Shown here one piece after another: positions 45,122 to 55,758 of a stretch of 64,000 nt of DNA. A program made the position numbers and the translations under genes. Source of the DNA: a virus; IMG/VR virus record IMGVR_UViG_3300050343_000212. One strand, written 5' to 3'. Position 1 is the first letter of the stretch. Each line of letters begins with the position of its first letter. The notes under the pieces are model-generated. The model saw only the letters and a list, made by a program, of their open reading frames with translations. It did not search any database and was not told the origin of the DNA.

Positions 45122-48100
45122 TAAATACCTCCTGATGTGCTATACGATGAAGCTATACTTCCTGTAGTGTCAGTAACATTGACAACTTTATCAACAGTAT
45201 CTGCATCAATTTTGTCTTCTTCAACTCTATTTACACCAAGTTGGGGAAGAAGTCTGGCACCAATACCGGTATCAGACTTGATATAAACTCTGGGCATTTC
45301 TTTGAATCCTTCTCCTGTTTCTGTTACTTTGATTCTATAAACACCGCCACTAGGACTTGTCTCAATTACAGCCTTAGCACCCTTACTAGGTGAAATAATA
45401 ACTTCATCACCATCTTTATATGATGCACCAGGAATATCAATATAGATAGCTCTCAAATATAAAATAACTGGATATGTTCCGTCAGAACTTGTGGGGAAAT
45501 CAAATTTTATTGTGCCCTTAGTTGGATTAGGAACGGTAATGTTTCCACTATTCTTTACAATATAAGGTGTGCCACCAATAATCTCCTCACCACCGCCAGT
45601 TCCATCATCAGATTTCTCTGATACTATCTTTGTTCCAGGTGGAGTCTCTATAATGTCTCCCACCACTAGTTTCAAAAATGCTCCAGGATTAAGTGGTTGT
45701 AAATAAGTTCCATCTATTTTCTTTAAAATGGTTTGATCAGAACGAGACCAAGTTCTATTCATACCACCTTTTGATCCATCTGGTTTGGTCAAATAACCTG
45801 TACCACCATCCTTGATTATAAATCCAATAACACCTTGATTGAGTATAGAATCAGTGGGTAGTCCAGTCGTGTCTATACCAGGTCTTATTGCAAGTTGAGG
45901 ATCAAATATAGATGTAGATATAAATCCACCAGTAAGTCTGTTAGTAGTGATACCAGAAGTAACACTGCTCAGACCAGCGAATGGTGATGAACTAATACTA
46001 GTATACTTAAAACCGCCATCAACTGTTGATCCTAGTGTACTAGTGGAGAAACCAAGACCAAAATCATCAGTGTCACCGATACCAATATTCAATCTACCAG
46101 AGTCAGCAGTAATATTACCGGTAAAGATTGATTGTTGATTCTCTATTTTCTCATCAATAGGTCTCGTTGCAACGAAAGGATCAAAGATAGCAGTAGTGAC
46201 ACCAGTTATATCACCACCAAGAGCCAATCTTTCGGGACCAATACGACCAGTGAAAACCGATCCCAAACCAGCAAATGCTGGTGATGTTATTGAAGGACCA
46301 TCAGCACCACCACTACCAGATCCTAATTCAAACCTTCTGTTTTGCCAGAAAGAATCAAGAACACCTCTCTGCCCTTGACCCACAAGGTCATCACGATCAC
46401 CAAAACCATCTTCATATCCATTCAATCTATCCCAAATGTCATCCCCAAATTGTCCAAGGAATGGAATAATTACACCACCATTACCATTGCCACATGCATC
46501 TACAATTTTTGCATAGGAACCATCACCATATCCACTACCCATTGATACAAGATCTATACCAATGATTGATCCGCTTTCACTAATGATAGGATTGGCTGCA
46601 AATCCAGCACCAGTACCACCAAAGATTGCTATACTTGGAGGACCACACAACAAAGGACCGATTTCACAATCAGGTTTATCAAAGATACTATCCAAATTAA
46701 AGTTAAACTGATTCTCTATGACATCACTGATACCATTGGTAAAGTCAAATACTTGATTGAACTGGTCACTAAATCCTTTAACCTTATCAACGATACTACC
46801 AAGGCTTTTTCTATCACTTTGACCACCCGTAAGAATATTCCATTGATCAACACGATAAGCCTCACAAGAATCATTTGCCTCACAATCAAGAATAGAAAGA
46901 ATGTCCTGAACAAATGAAGTAATATTGGCTGCAATACTAAGTGCTTGATCACCTACATTAATGACACCATTGATAACATCCATGGCCGCACCGAACACAG
47001 TATTGATAAACTGAGTAAGAAGGTTATCAATTTGTGCCAAGATAGAAGCTATAAAGTCTTCTACGAAACACCTAGCTACATTGATAACCTTATCAACTAT
47101 AGAATCAACCAGATCACCCAGATATTCAATTAGAGCTTGGAATACCGCTTTGACTGCACAAATAAAACCATTAACTGTCTGAACAAATCCCGGTTGACCA
47201 GCATAGTTTTCATTTGCTCCTGCTATTCCCTGCAGGAGTCGATTTATTTCATTTCCAAGTCCCGATACTTTCTTAATCATCTCATCAAATACCCATTTCA
47301 AGGCAGAAGAGATGTCCTCTTTCATCTGTGTTTTCTTCTCAAGAATCATACTCTGGAAGTCAGATACGCCTCTGGTTGCTGATAACCTAGCGTCACTAAG
47401 TGTTCCTCTTAATTTCTCAATGTCCTTAATAGAGTTGGCCATTGATAGTTGAAGACCAGCCATAGGAATTTCACTACATTCTGCTGGTTTGGGTACCGGT
47501 ATATATTCTTCTTTGTCCTCAGCAGAAACTGAATCAGCTGCAGATTTTCCCTCTGATGAGTGTTCCTCTGGACTATTGTTTACTTGACTGTTCTCTTGTG
47601 GTTCTCCATTAACCTCTGATGATGTGGGTGCAACCTCACCCTTACTGTCACTGGCTGATCTTGCATAGGTAGCAACTCTATCACCATTCTCTGGTGATAG
47701 ACCAGTGAAAGGAATGAACTTAGCATCAGGAATATTCTTCATAACAGCTGTGTAGCTGTTAGTTCCAATCACGCCCATGATTACAGGTTGTTGTCCGTCT
47801 TCTCCATCCATGAAGAATCCAAACACAAACATACCCTGTCTCAGGTTACATGATTGTGATGAAGCACCCGTACCACCACCAGCGGTGACTGGGTACATAA
47901 CTGATGCCCAAGGTAACTCATCATCGGACAACTCAGACGGAACAGCCGTGTGGTGCCCCATGATACGAACCTTATATCTCTCACCAAATCCAGGAGTTTT
48001 CTTATTGTCATCACTTGGAATACCCCTCTTATTATCCCTCCATGATTTCTCTGGTGCAATCTGACCTATCCACCAATAGAAACCATCTCTACCTACAAAA

Positions 48101-48129
48101 TATTTTTTAAATAAACCCTGTTCTATCAT
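45121..48129 (-). CDS. gp5: baseplate hub/spike protein gp5-like
   Basis: OB-fold N-terminus FYWWIGQI..RYKVRIMG.H..LPWA..GMFVFGFFMDG..QQPVIMG; no T4 lysozyme domain seen. Confidence 0.85.
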   Translation of the reverse strand: MIEQGLFKKYFVGRDGFYWWIGQIAPEKSWRDNKRGIPSDDNKKTPGFGERYKVRIMGHHTAVPSELSDDELPWASVMYPVTAGGGTGASSQSCNLRQGMFVFGFFMDGEDGQQPVIMGVIGTNSYTAVMKNIPDAKFIPFTGLSPENGDRVATYARSASDSKGEVAPTSSEVNGEPQENSQVNNSPEEHSSEGKSAADSVSAEDKEEYIPVPKPAECSEIPMAGLQLSMANSIKDIEKLRGTLSDARLSATRGVSDFQSMILEKKTQMKEDISSALKWVFDEMIKKVSGLGNEINRLLQGIAGANENYAGQPGFVQTVNGFICAVKAVFQALIEYLGDLVDSIVDKVINVARCFVEDFIASILAQIDNLLTQFINTVFGAAMDVINGVINVGDQALSIAANITSFVQDILSILDCEANDSCEAYRVDQWNILTGGQSDRKSLGSIVDKVKGFSDQFNQVFDFTNGISDVIENQFNFNLDSIFDKPDCEIGPLLCGPPSIAIFGGTGAGFAANPIISESGSIIGIDLVSMGSGYGDGSYAKIVDACGNGNGGVIIPFLGQFGDDIWDRLNGYEDGFGDRDDLVGQGQRGVLDSFWQNRRFELGSGSGGADGPSITSPAFAGLGSVFTGRIGPERLALGGDITGVTTAIFDPFVATRPIDEKIENQQSIFTGNITADSGRLNIGIGDTDDFGLGFSTSTLGSTVDGGFKYTSISSSPFAGLSSVTSGITTNRLTGGFISTSIFDPQLAIRPGIDTTGLPTDSILNQGVIGFIIKDGGTGYLTKPDGSKGGMNRTWSRSDQTILKKIDGTYLQPLNPGAFLKLVVGDIIETPPGTKIVSEKSDDGTGGGEEIIGGTPYIVKNSGNITVPNPTKGTIKFDFPTSSDGTYPVILYLRAIYIDIPGASYKDGDEVIISPSKGAKAVIETSPSGGVYRIKVTETGEGFKEMPRVYIKSDTGIGARLLPQLGVNRVEEDKIDADTVDKVVNVTDTTGSIASSYSTSGGI

Positions 48130-49472
48130 TTGTTCGTGAACCCTGTGTTTTTGCCAAATGAATCTCTGACCAATGAAAGACTACTGAAAGAATCCTGTGG
48201 TGTAATACGATGACAGACGTGTGCTACCATATATATGCCTCCACTCTGATCATTAACTTCTAATCCACTCTCACCTTTTAGTTCTGGGAAATCACAATAG
48301 ACAAGATCTCCAGCCTTAATACTAAAGTCACCAGCAATAGTGATGTTTATTTGAACGGCGAAGAGTTGATTATATCTCATCACCGATTGGACCATACTTC
48401 TCTCAGCGTCATAGTTAGAAGATTGTTTATTGTCCTGCCAGTTCTTTAATTGAGCATCAGATGTGGCACCTCTAGGAATTGTACCAACATCCAACACATG
48501 ACTAAACAATCTCGTCGGAGATTGTGTAAACTCTCTTGCTACTTGACTAGGTGCAAACTTCTTACCAGCAGTAGTAATCTTGTTCTTCTGTTTACCAATA
48601 TCATACTCAACAACCTTGTAGTTCATTGAATAGAAGTCAAAGAAGATTGACCTGTTATTATATGCACCTGTTGCCAGGCTGTCTTTCATATCAACATCTC
48701 TATCGATATCATAGGATAAAACATTACCATCATATCCATCTGCTGGATTCTTACCTGAGTTGTTGTAAATATATCTTTTGTTGACAGTTTGATCAAAAAT
48801 TGTATCAATAGATCTGAAATTGAATCCTTCTCTTGTTTGGAAGAATAGATATCCAGCAGCTCCACCTATACTATTCTTACCCTTACCAGATCCTAAAGGA
48901 ACCGACTTAGATGCCAACCAGGTACAGGTGTATAGAGGTTTCCTGTCATTACCTATAAAATTATAATCAATAGCTGTTGAATCAATATTGAAAGATCCAC
49001 CTTTAGACTTAAGAACCTCAGTTAAAATTGAAGAAACACTATCAGAGATCTTACCCTCATATCTCTTCACTACTCTAGTTTGTTCATTAGCAAAGTATTC
49101 TTTTGAACAGAGGTCAATGTAATATACATCTTTCTGTGTTCCAGGTGTTGCATTCCTGGCTCTATTCACATAGAGACCCTGTTTAAAACTAAGTTTATTG
49201 CCCTGTTGATCTTCAATATCAACATCAACTCTCTCCCCACCTCTGATCGGAAGACCATCAAGAAGGCCCTGTGTTGCTAGAGTATCTTTCCCTTTAGATT
49301 CGTATCCAGTCTCAGCCACAACCATAGTGGCAGTGATAGTGTTTGACAACACACTCTCATAGTATGATATCTCTGGCGTGATAGCAGAAATATCCACAAC
49401 TTCACCATCAGTATTAGATGAGATGGTAAGCTTGTTTATATTAGCAGCTGCTGTTGATGAATATTGTGACAT
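48126..49472 (-). CDS. baseplate hub protein, gp27-like
   Basis: YYESV.SNTITA...GYLFFQT..GFNF.SID...ITIAGDF.IKAGD.V...SGG.YMV..VCH; adjacent to gp5. Confidence 0.6.
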   Translation of the reverse strand: MSQYSSTAAANINKLTISSNTDGEVVDISAITPEISYYESVLSNTITATMVVAETGYESKGKDTLATQGLLDGLPIRGGERVDVDIEDQQGNKLSFKQGLYVNRARNATPGTQKDVYYIDLCSKEYFANEQTRVVKRYEGKISDSVSSILTEVLKSKGGSFNIDSTAIDYNFIGNDRKPLYTCTWLASKSVPLGSGKGKNSIGGAAGYLFFQTREGFNFRSIDTIFDQTVNKRYIYNNSGKNPADGYDGNVLSYDIDRDVDMKDSLATGAYNNRSIFFDFYSMNYKVVEYDIGKQKNKITTAGKKFAPSQVAREFTQSPTRLFSHVLDVGTIPRGATSDAQLKNWQDNKQSSNYDAERSMVQSVMRYNQLFAVQINITIAGDFSIKAGDLVYCDFPELKGESGLEVNDQSGGIYMVAHVCHRITPQDSFSSLSLVRDSFGKNTGFTNK

Positions 49473-52400
49473 TAACCTTGTTTATATAAAAATCCTAGTA
49501 GTTGTGATTTATAGTAACTATTTACCACATCACCAGAACCCATTATTATAGGTGTTCCAGACCTTCCACCACCACCTACGCTACCACCAGACTGACGACC
49601 ACTTGGGTGCATCAGGATTGTAGTTCCACCTATTGTTTCATATGATAGTTGTTGTGATATGTCAGACACTGGAGAAGGTGTTTGTCCTGGTCTGATAGCA
49701 GCTGGTGTAGAAATAGAAGACTTTTGACCTGGTGATACAGACCCTGATTGTGATGGTGATTTAGTAGATGGATCCTGTATCGAAAGATTAGGAGTTCTAT
49801 CACTTGTTCCAACAGAAGAACCATCTCCCATTTTACCAATAGCAATATACTTGACATATGGCATTGGGTCTTCATCTTGTTGATAACCACCAGTTCCAGC
49901 AGGACTGACTTCAAAGTGTAGGTGTTCACCAGTTCCTGCACCAGTGTTTCCAATCTCACCTATGATCTCACCATTATATGATTGACCTTTTGATACCATG
50001 GTCTGTGCAAGGTGAGCAAACAAGAAGTCTTTTCCACCAGAGGTGATAACAACAGTCTTACCATACCCATCAAATGTACCAACATCTGATACCTTACCCT
50101 TCAACTTGAGTGCAACATAATATCCCCTCTTACCACTTGTTCCAATATCTACACCTCTATGCATTTTACCCCATCTCATACCTCTTCCACTGGTCATACC
50201 AACTTCACCAGTCCCACCACCAATTGATTGTAAGTTTTCAACTGGAACAACATTAGTCAAACCAGTACCAGTTGGAGCAGCTGCCGGTGGTGGATTTTGT
50301 ATAGATGGAGTTGTTTGAGGTGTAGTTGTAGTTCCTCGTGGAGTCTTTGTTGTAGCTGGAGTAACAATTCCAGGTTGCACCTTTACTGGTGCCTCAGCCA
50401 TTGGTGTGGTTGGTCGTACTTGTGGTGTGGTGGTTAATGGGGTGGTTTGTACTGGTGGAGCTCCAAGTTTACTTAAAGATGATCTCATTTCCGCAACAGT
50501 TGCACCGGATGCGTTTCTTCCATCTCCTGCATAGTATGATTGACCAGCCTTTACATATTGATGCTTACCCTGCATGTCTACAGGCATTGGGAAGGCTGCC
50601 CATTCCATACCCAAACGAATCATTGCTTCATTTGGATCATTTTTAATCATCTCAGGAGTGATTTCTCTTTTGTTTACAATCAGACTGATAGCCATCTTAT
50701 CCTGATTCTCAGGGGAGAACATATCAGTTCCCTTCAGTTTAGCAGATTTTGCTTGACTTAGAATATGCATAAACTGATATCTACCTGCCGCAGCAGATCC
50801 TCTTTCAAGAGTAGTTGATGCTTGCCATTTGGATGCCTCAGCTATTGTCATTTCCGTTAGTGCCTTTCCACCATACTTCCTTTGTTTTGTGGTGGATGGA
50901 TATATTGAATCATAAGAACCTCCATATGATTCCTTCTTCGCGATAGTTTCTAAGAGAGGACCCCAATAAACAGCATCAGATGTAGTTCTAGTTCTAGTTC
51001 TTGTACCAACAGTTGGTTCATTCTCCAAGTCCTCCCTATATCCATCTGGAGCAGGATCGGTCATTTCGGGTTGGATCTTTATCTCCTCAGGTTTTTCTTC
51101 GGATTTAACATCACCCTTATTCATTGGATCTCTGGTAAAGAAAGCCTTATAAACTTTAGGTATCACCGACAATGGATTCGCGAGTAATGGAAGTGGATTA
51201 ATCACATCTTTTCCACCAACAAAAGGAACAAAACCAGGAACCGCAAACTTAGGAAGACCATCCATTAATCTCTCGAATCCATCACCAGCCCAACTAAGAG
51301 CAGCCTGACCCATGGATAACATACCCTTGATATCTTCCTGCAACTTCTTACCGACGGCCTCAGGACCACCTCCCATAAAGAGATGATACATCAGGTCACC
51401 AGTATACTCACCAATAAGTTCACCAAGTAATGTTCCCACAACTGGGATAGGTATGAATGATCCTAAGAAACCACCCAGGACGGCACCAGCTGTCTTAAAC
51501 AATGCCTGACTTATTGGATCACCACTCAACAAGGAGACGACCAATGTGATGAGACCACCAATGACGGGTATTCTCTTAAGGAACTTAAGTGCTCCCTTAC
51601 CCAAAGTAAGGAGTGACTTCTGACCGGCTTTCTTAGCAATTTTTGATCCTACAGCCTTAGCTGGTTGAGATGTTATCTTACCAGCCTTGACAGCTGTATT
51701 GACTCTTCTTGAAGCCTTAGCAGGGTTCATTCCCTTATCAACTAATTGTTTAAATCTTTCAGCTGCCTCAGGACCGTGTTGTTTTAACACTCTTCTGAAT
51801 GAATTGGTTACCTTACCACCCTTCTTAGCAGCATTTTTAGCAGCATTCGCAATACCCTTAGGAGATCCCTTCGGTGGTTTCTTACCACCAAATGGATTCA
51901 TTAAAAACTTACCTAAGCTTTTGATTTTATTAATTATCCCTTTAGCCAGATTCTTCAATCCATTACCAATACCTTTAAAGGCACCCTTTATCGACTTACC
52001 AGCAGTCTTAAAAATACCTTTTATCGATTTACCAAGTTTACCCAATCTTGGAAATGCCTTGCCGATAACTCTAAGGCCAGCTTTAATTCCTTTACCTAGA
52101 AGAGTGAAAGCTCCTTTAAGTATCTTACCAAAATTATTGAAGAAAGCTAGTCCAGCCTTAAGAAAACCAATTATCTTACTTCCGTTCTTTGTGATCCACA
52201 ATAGGAGTGAACCAAGGAATATTTGAGTAAAGAATTTTAATGGATCAAATGGAGCAGCTTTACTAACCATACCCTTGGCCAGTCCACCGACAAAACCGGC
52301 ACCTTTCTCCAACAGATTTTCTTTTTGTCTCTTTTTATCTTTTTCAGCAGCCTTACGTTCAGCCTTTTCTCTATTGTTGGCGGTTTTTAACTTGACCTGT

Positions 52401-52771
52401 GATGTTTTTTTGAGAACCTCAGTCAGACCAGCAATACTATCAAGTTGATTATTGACACTCTCAAAAGATAACTCAGATGGTTTTCCCTCAATGTCTGGTT
52501 TATCTGGTAGTGACTCTACTCTATAGTTACCAACTATCGGTGTGGAGGCAACGATACTACCACCCTGTTGTTCTCCTTGAACACTTTCATCTTTGGATTT
52601 TACCAGGGCACCACCTTTACCACCCTTTTCCTTCTTCTTTTTACCTTTACCAGTAACAAAATTCTTTGCCTTATCCTTTACAGCACCTTTTGCAGCACCC
52701 ATCGCTGCCTTTTTTACTGACCCTGAGGCTAAAGCTTTGATTGCTGGACCTATAAGTGCTTGTACTGCCAT
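49472..52771 (-). CDS. tape-measure-like protein with lysozyme-like and M23 peptidase domains
   Basis: IAKKES..YD...AAGRYQF...FSPENQD (muramidase); HRGVDIG...FAHL...GEHLHFEV (M23). Confidence 0.8.
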   Translation of the reverse strand: MAVQALIGPAIKALASGSVKKAAMGAAKGAVKDKAKNFVTGKGKKKKEKGGKGGALVKSKDESVQGEQQGGSIVASTPIVGNYRVESLPDKPDIEGKPSELSFESVNNQLDSIAGLTEVLKKTSQVKLKTANNREKAERKAAEKDKKRQKENLLEKGAGFVGGLAKGMVSKAAPFDPLKFFTQIFLGSLLLWITKNGSKIIGFLKAGLAFFNNFGKILKGAFTLLGKGIKAGLRVIGKAFPRLGKLGKSIKGIFKTAGKSIKGAFKGIGNGLKNLAKGIINKIKSLGKFLMNPFGGKKPPKGSPKGIANAAKNAAKKGGKVTNSFRRVLKQHGPEAAERFKQLVDKGMNPAKASRRVNTAVKAGKITSQPAKAVGSKIAKKAGQKSLLTLGKGALKFLKRIPVIGGLITLVVSLLSGDPISQALFKTAGAVLGGFLGSFIPIPVVGTLLGELIGEYTGDLMYHLFMGGGPEAVGKKLQEDIKGMLSMGQAALSWAGDGFERLMDGLPKFAVPGFVPFVGGKDVINPLPLLANPLSVIPKVYKAFFTRDPMNKGDVKSEEKPEEIKIQPEMTDPAPDGYREDLENEPTVGTRTRTRTTSDAVYWGPLLETIAKKESYGGSYDSIYPSTTKQRKYGGKALTEMTIAEASKWQASTTLERGSAAAGRYQFMHILSQAKSAKLKGTDMFSPENQDKMAISLIVNKREITPEMIKNDPNEAMIRLGMEWAAFPMPVDMQGKHQYVKAGQSYYAGDGRNASGATVAEMRSSLSKLGAPPVQTTPLTTTPQVRPTTPMAEAPVKVQPGIVTPATTKTPRGTTTTPQTTPSIQNPPPAAAPTGTGLTNVVPVENLQSIGGGTGEVGMTSGRGMRWGKMHRGVDIGTSGKRGYYVALKLKGKVSDVGTFDGYGKTVVITSGGKDFLFAHLAQTMVSKGQSYNGEIIGEIGNTGAGTGEHLHFEVSPAGTGGYQQDEDPMPYVKYIAIGKMGDGSSVGTSDRTPNLSIQDPSTKSPSQSGSVSPGQKSSISTPAAIRPGQTPSPVSDISQQLSYETIGGTTILMHPSGRQSGGSVGGGGRSGTPIIMGSGDVVNSYYKSQLLGFLYKQG

Positions 52772-55485
52772 TATCCTACGATATTGTAGATTGATTTGAT
52801 GACAATGAATTCAGGGTTCCCCATATCTCTAGCCGAGAACGAGGGAACTTGTTTCTGCCCGGCAGACGCAACAGTTGAATTTTGTGGTCTTGATGCAGAC
52901 TCTCCACCAGGTAGCGCCATAATAGACGCTTGTCCCTGTGATTTCGGTGGTGGTACATTTGGTTGTTGTGGTGTTGTTGGTGCTACTTGTGCTGATGGTG
53001 TTGTTGGCGTAACCTGTGTCGTCGAAGGAGCTTTGCTTATAATATCTTGTTGTTCTTTGATGAGGAAAGATACTCTCTCATCAAATACTGCTTTACTAAT
53101 CTCTTCCCCACTGGGGTTAAAATACTTGTTAGTTGGGAGGAATCCCATGGTGGTCCCCTCAACATATGTTCCAGCACCAGGGATGACAACACTGTCACCT
53201 GATCCGGTGTTGTTTGCACTCCTCTCATCAATATTCGCCATAGCCTTATCGATAAAGGCCAATGTATTCTTTGCCTTGGTGGCATCCCCACGTTGTGGGG
53301 TCATTGGTGTCTGTGGATCTATAGACATCAATGTAGTGTTAGGTTTAAGACCCGACCCAACCACAGCAGCGTCTGCAATGTTGTTTGCGAACTGTACAAA
53401 CTCTGGGTGTGAAGTAAAGTCCTTACCATACTTCTTTTCCCAGAAGGTCATGATACCAAGTTCAACCAGTGCAGTTGGTGATGCCTCACCCTTATTCACA
53501 GTGGTATTACCAGCCGTGTCCTGTGCTATCTTACCCAGATCAGGATTGGCACTTTGGAACTCAGCAAGAACCTCCTGAATAGGATCAGCAAATCTCTTAT
53601 CGTCTGTATCACCGGCTCTAGTTCTTGTGAGGAAACCAGTTCCTACAATCTTACCACTAGCATCTCTACCAGCATCAAAGTGAAGTGGCATGATCCTGAC
53701 ACCCATCTTCGCTTGTTGTTGTAGATATTTGTCGTAGGTTTCATAGTCACCAGCATCTTCTGGTGAATAAATTCTTACTCTAAATCCCTGTTTAGCCATC
53801 CTATCTGCTATAATCTTAGCTGCTGGGTCCTGTGCTTCTCTCTCCCTACCAGCAGCTCCGGTGGCATTTGATGCTTTAAATGTACCTCCACCAGCTGTAT
53901 CTGGAATGGTTCCAGGTTTTCTTGTATGGTCCAGTGGAATGATGACATCATATTGAGCATCACTTGACAGTGTCATTTGAGCTCCAACCTGACCACCACC
54001 AGAGAACCCTTGGACACTACCCATGGTTGGGATGTTAGTGCCTCCAGCATCCCTATTCATGGCCAGAAGATTATTGGCACCATAGGATTGGACAGCTTTC
54101 TTACTCATCACAATCTCACCGGGTTGAGCCGCAATTAACTGAGTATCGGGTCCCATACCTGTGATGGTCTGACCAGAACTACCAGTTATAGAACCACCAC
54201 CAGCAAATCCCATGTTGGATATCTCAACAGGAGGGTTCACTATATTACTCATGGCAATCATACCACCACCAGCCATACCGACTATTGGTTTCATGACATT
54301 AGTACCACCCTTCCACCCACCGACGTTCAGGTTGATTACCTGCCCACCCTCCTTATATCCTGTTACCTTAGCACCTTCTACCTCACCACCACCAGCCATA
54401 CCTTTGACTGGAGTAGATTCTTCTTTCTTTGGTGCTTCTGGTTTGAAGTATGGTATATTTGGTATTTGTGGAACTTCTGCCTTTGGAATATCAGGCAAAT
54501 CAACTTTATCTTCTTCTGCTACCTCACCGAATAAACCAAAGACACCATTGATCATATTCTCAAGATTACCAAGACCACCATTAAGCAGTCCAACAAAGAC
54601 ATTGATACCATCAAATATTCCCCCAAAGAGGAAACTTACAGTTCCATTCAGCAGATTAATGACTCCATTTATCATGGAGATAAATGGATTGAAAAACATC
54701 ATTGGATTGCTGATGGCCTTCATAAGCCATTGAACTGCAGATCCAAGGAAGATTTGAGTAAAAAAGTTTATTAATGTATCAAAGAATCCCTTGACTGGTG
54801 CTGTTACCTTATCTGTTATTGTTTTTCCAACTGATCCTAATGCACTACTTTCTAAATTATTCTCTTTCTTTCTTTTCTTCTGTTTCTCTCCAGTGATCCT
54901 ATCACCTTCTACATCTTTTTTCTCATTAGCAATCTGTTCAGACTCAAGGTCGAGCATATCACTAAGATTCTTCTCAATCTTTCCTAATCTTTCAGAAACA
55001 TCACCTAAAAACTTCTGTATACCCTCAATTTTACCTGTCTTCTCCTCCTCTGATGAGTCTACCTCTACCTTTGGTGTCCCTGCAGGCGGAAGACTAATCA
55101 TTGGTGAGCTAGGACTTGACGACTCCTTGCCCCTCTTTGAAGTTTCACTTACGAAAGACGTAAAATTTATCTTATCTTTCTTTACCTTAAACCTTCCTGT
55201 ATTTCCCTTTACTCTTTTAAACTCATTAGTAAGTAACTCAGTCTCCTCTGTTGCCATATTAGTACTTGACAACCTACCAGCCATCATCTTTTCTCTTAAA
55301 AGAGACTTGTAGGTAGCATAGTCAAGGTCAATGGCATCATCAAGACCCAAAAGGTTTAAGATTCTTTCATCAATTTGTTCAGAGACAAGATCCTCTTCTC
55401 TTGAATCCGGTACATAAAGAGCCAACGCATTGTATGGTTTCTCATTCCTAATGGAATTAAGCAGGTCGTTAAGCCCTTCTGGCAT
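52771..55485 (-). CDS. tape-measure-like protein with Amidase_3-like domain (true start may be ~55582)
   Basis: IIPLDH...GREREA...PLHFDA...ALVELG; shares FFTQIFLGS with the neighbour. Confidence 0.75.
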   Translation of the reverse strand: MPEGLNDLLNSIRNEKPYNALALYVPDSREEDLVSEQIDERILNLLGLDDAIDLDYATYKSLLREKMMAGRLSSTNMATEETELLTNEFKRVKGNTGRFKVKKDKINFTSFVSETSKRGKESSSPSSPMISLPPAGTPKVEVDSSEEEKTGKIEGIQKFLGDVSERLGKIEKNLSDMLDLESEQIANEKKDVEGDRITGEKQKKRKKENNLESSALGSVGKTITDKVTAPVKGFFDTLINFFTQIFLGSAVQWLMKAISNPMMFFNPFISMINGVINLLNGTVSFLFGGIFDGINVFVGLLNGGLGNLENMINGVFGLFGEVAEEDKVDLPDIPKAEVPQIPNIPYFKPEAPKKEESTPVKGMAGGGEVEGAKVTGYKEGGQVINLNVGGWKGGTNVMKPIVGMAGGGMIAMSNIVNPPVEISNMGFAGGGSITGSSGQTITGMGPDTQLIAAQPGEIVMSKKAVQSYGANNLLAMNRDAGGTNIPTMGSVQGFSGGGQVGAQMTLSSDAQYDVIIPLDHTRKPGTIPDTAGGGTFKASNATGAAGREREAQDPAAKIIADRMAKQGFRVRIYSPEDAGDYETYDKYLQQQAKMGVRIMPLHFDAGRDASGKIVGTGFLTRTRAGDTDDKRFADPIQEVLAEFQSANPDLGKIAQDTAGNTTVNKGEASPTALVELGIMTFWEKKYGKDFTSHPEFVQFANNIADAAVVGSGLKPNTTLMSIDPQTPMTPQRGDATKAKNTLAFIDKAMANIDERSANNTGSGDSVVIPGAGTYVEGTTMGFLPTNKYFNPSGEEISKAVFDERVSFLIKEQQDIISKAPSTTQVTPTTPSAQVAPTTPQQPNVPPPKSQGQASIMALPGGESASRPQNSTVASAGQKQVPSFSARDMGNPEFIVIKSIYNIVG

Positions 55486-55582
55486 ATTTTTATCATAATC
55501 TTCCCCTAAAATTTCTGAATCACTCCTAATAGAGCCAAGCAGATCATCTTTGGAATATTTTGATTATTGGAGTCAGGATTCA

Positions 55583-55756
55583 TCATTGGTTAGCCTTTTG
55601 CTTTTCCTCTTCCTCTTTAATATGATTTTGGAGAAGTGCTACATAAACATCACGCTCCCAAGGCATCATGTTTTCAATCTCAGTTAATGAATATTTATGG
55701 TACTGCATCAAGGCAAAGTTTAGTCTAAAGTATGACTCAAGACTCATGTGAGCCAT
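55583..55756 (-). CDS. gp51: baseplate hub assembly catalyst
   Basis: Manual translation MAHMSLESYFRLNFALMQYHKYSLTEIENMMPWERDVYVALL. Confidence 0.9.
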   Translation of the reverse strand: MAHMSLESYFRLNFALMQYHKYSLTEIENMMPWERDVYVALLQNHIKEEEEKQKANQ

Positions 55757-55758
55757 AC

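Noticed and set aside
32740-46450. Inteins as the explanation for insertions in the 930-aa protein and gp5
   Set aside because: No C/S start with a terminal HN-(C/S/T) splice motif and no LAGLIDADG blocks.
51687-55312. Long plus-strand ORFs (51687..52226, 52796..53578, 54212..54733, 54791..55312)
   Set aside because: Antisense shadows of the long minus-strand genes, caused by codon bias; no RBS, promoter or motif support.
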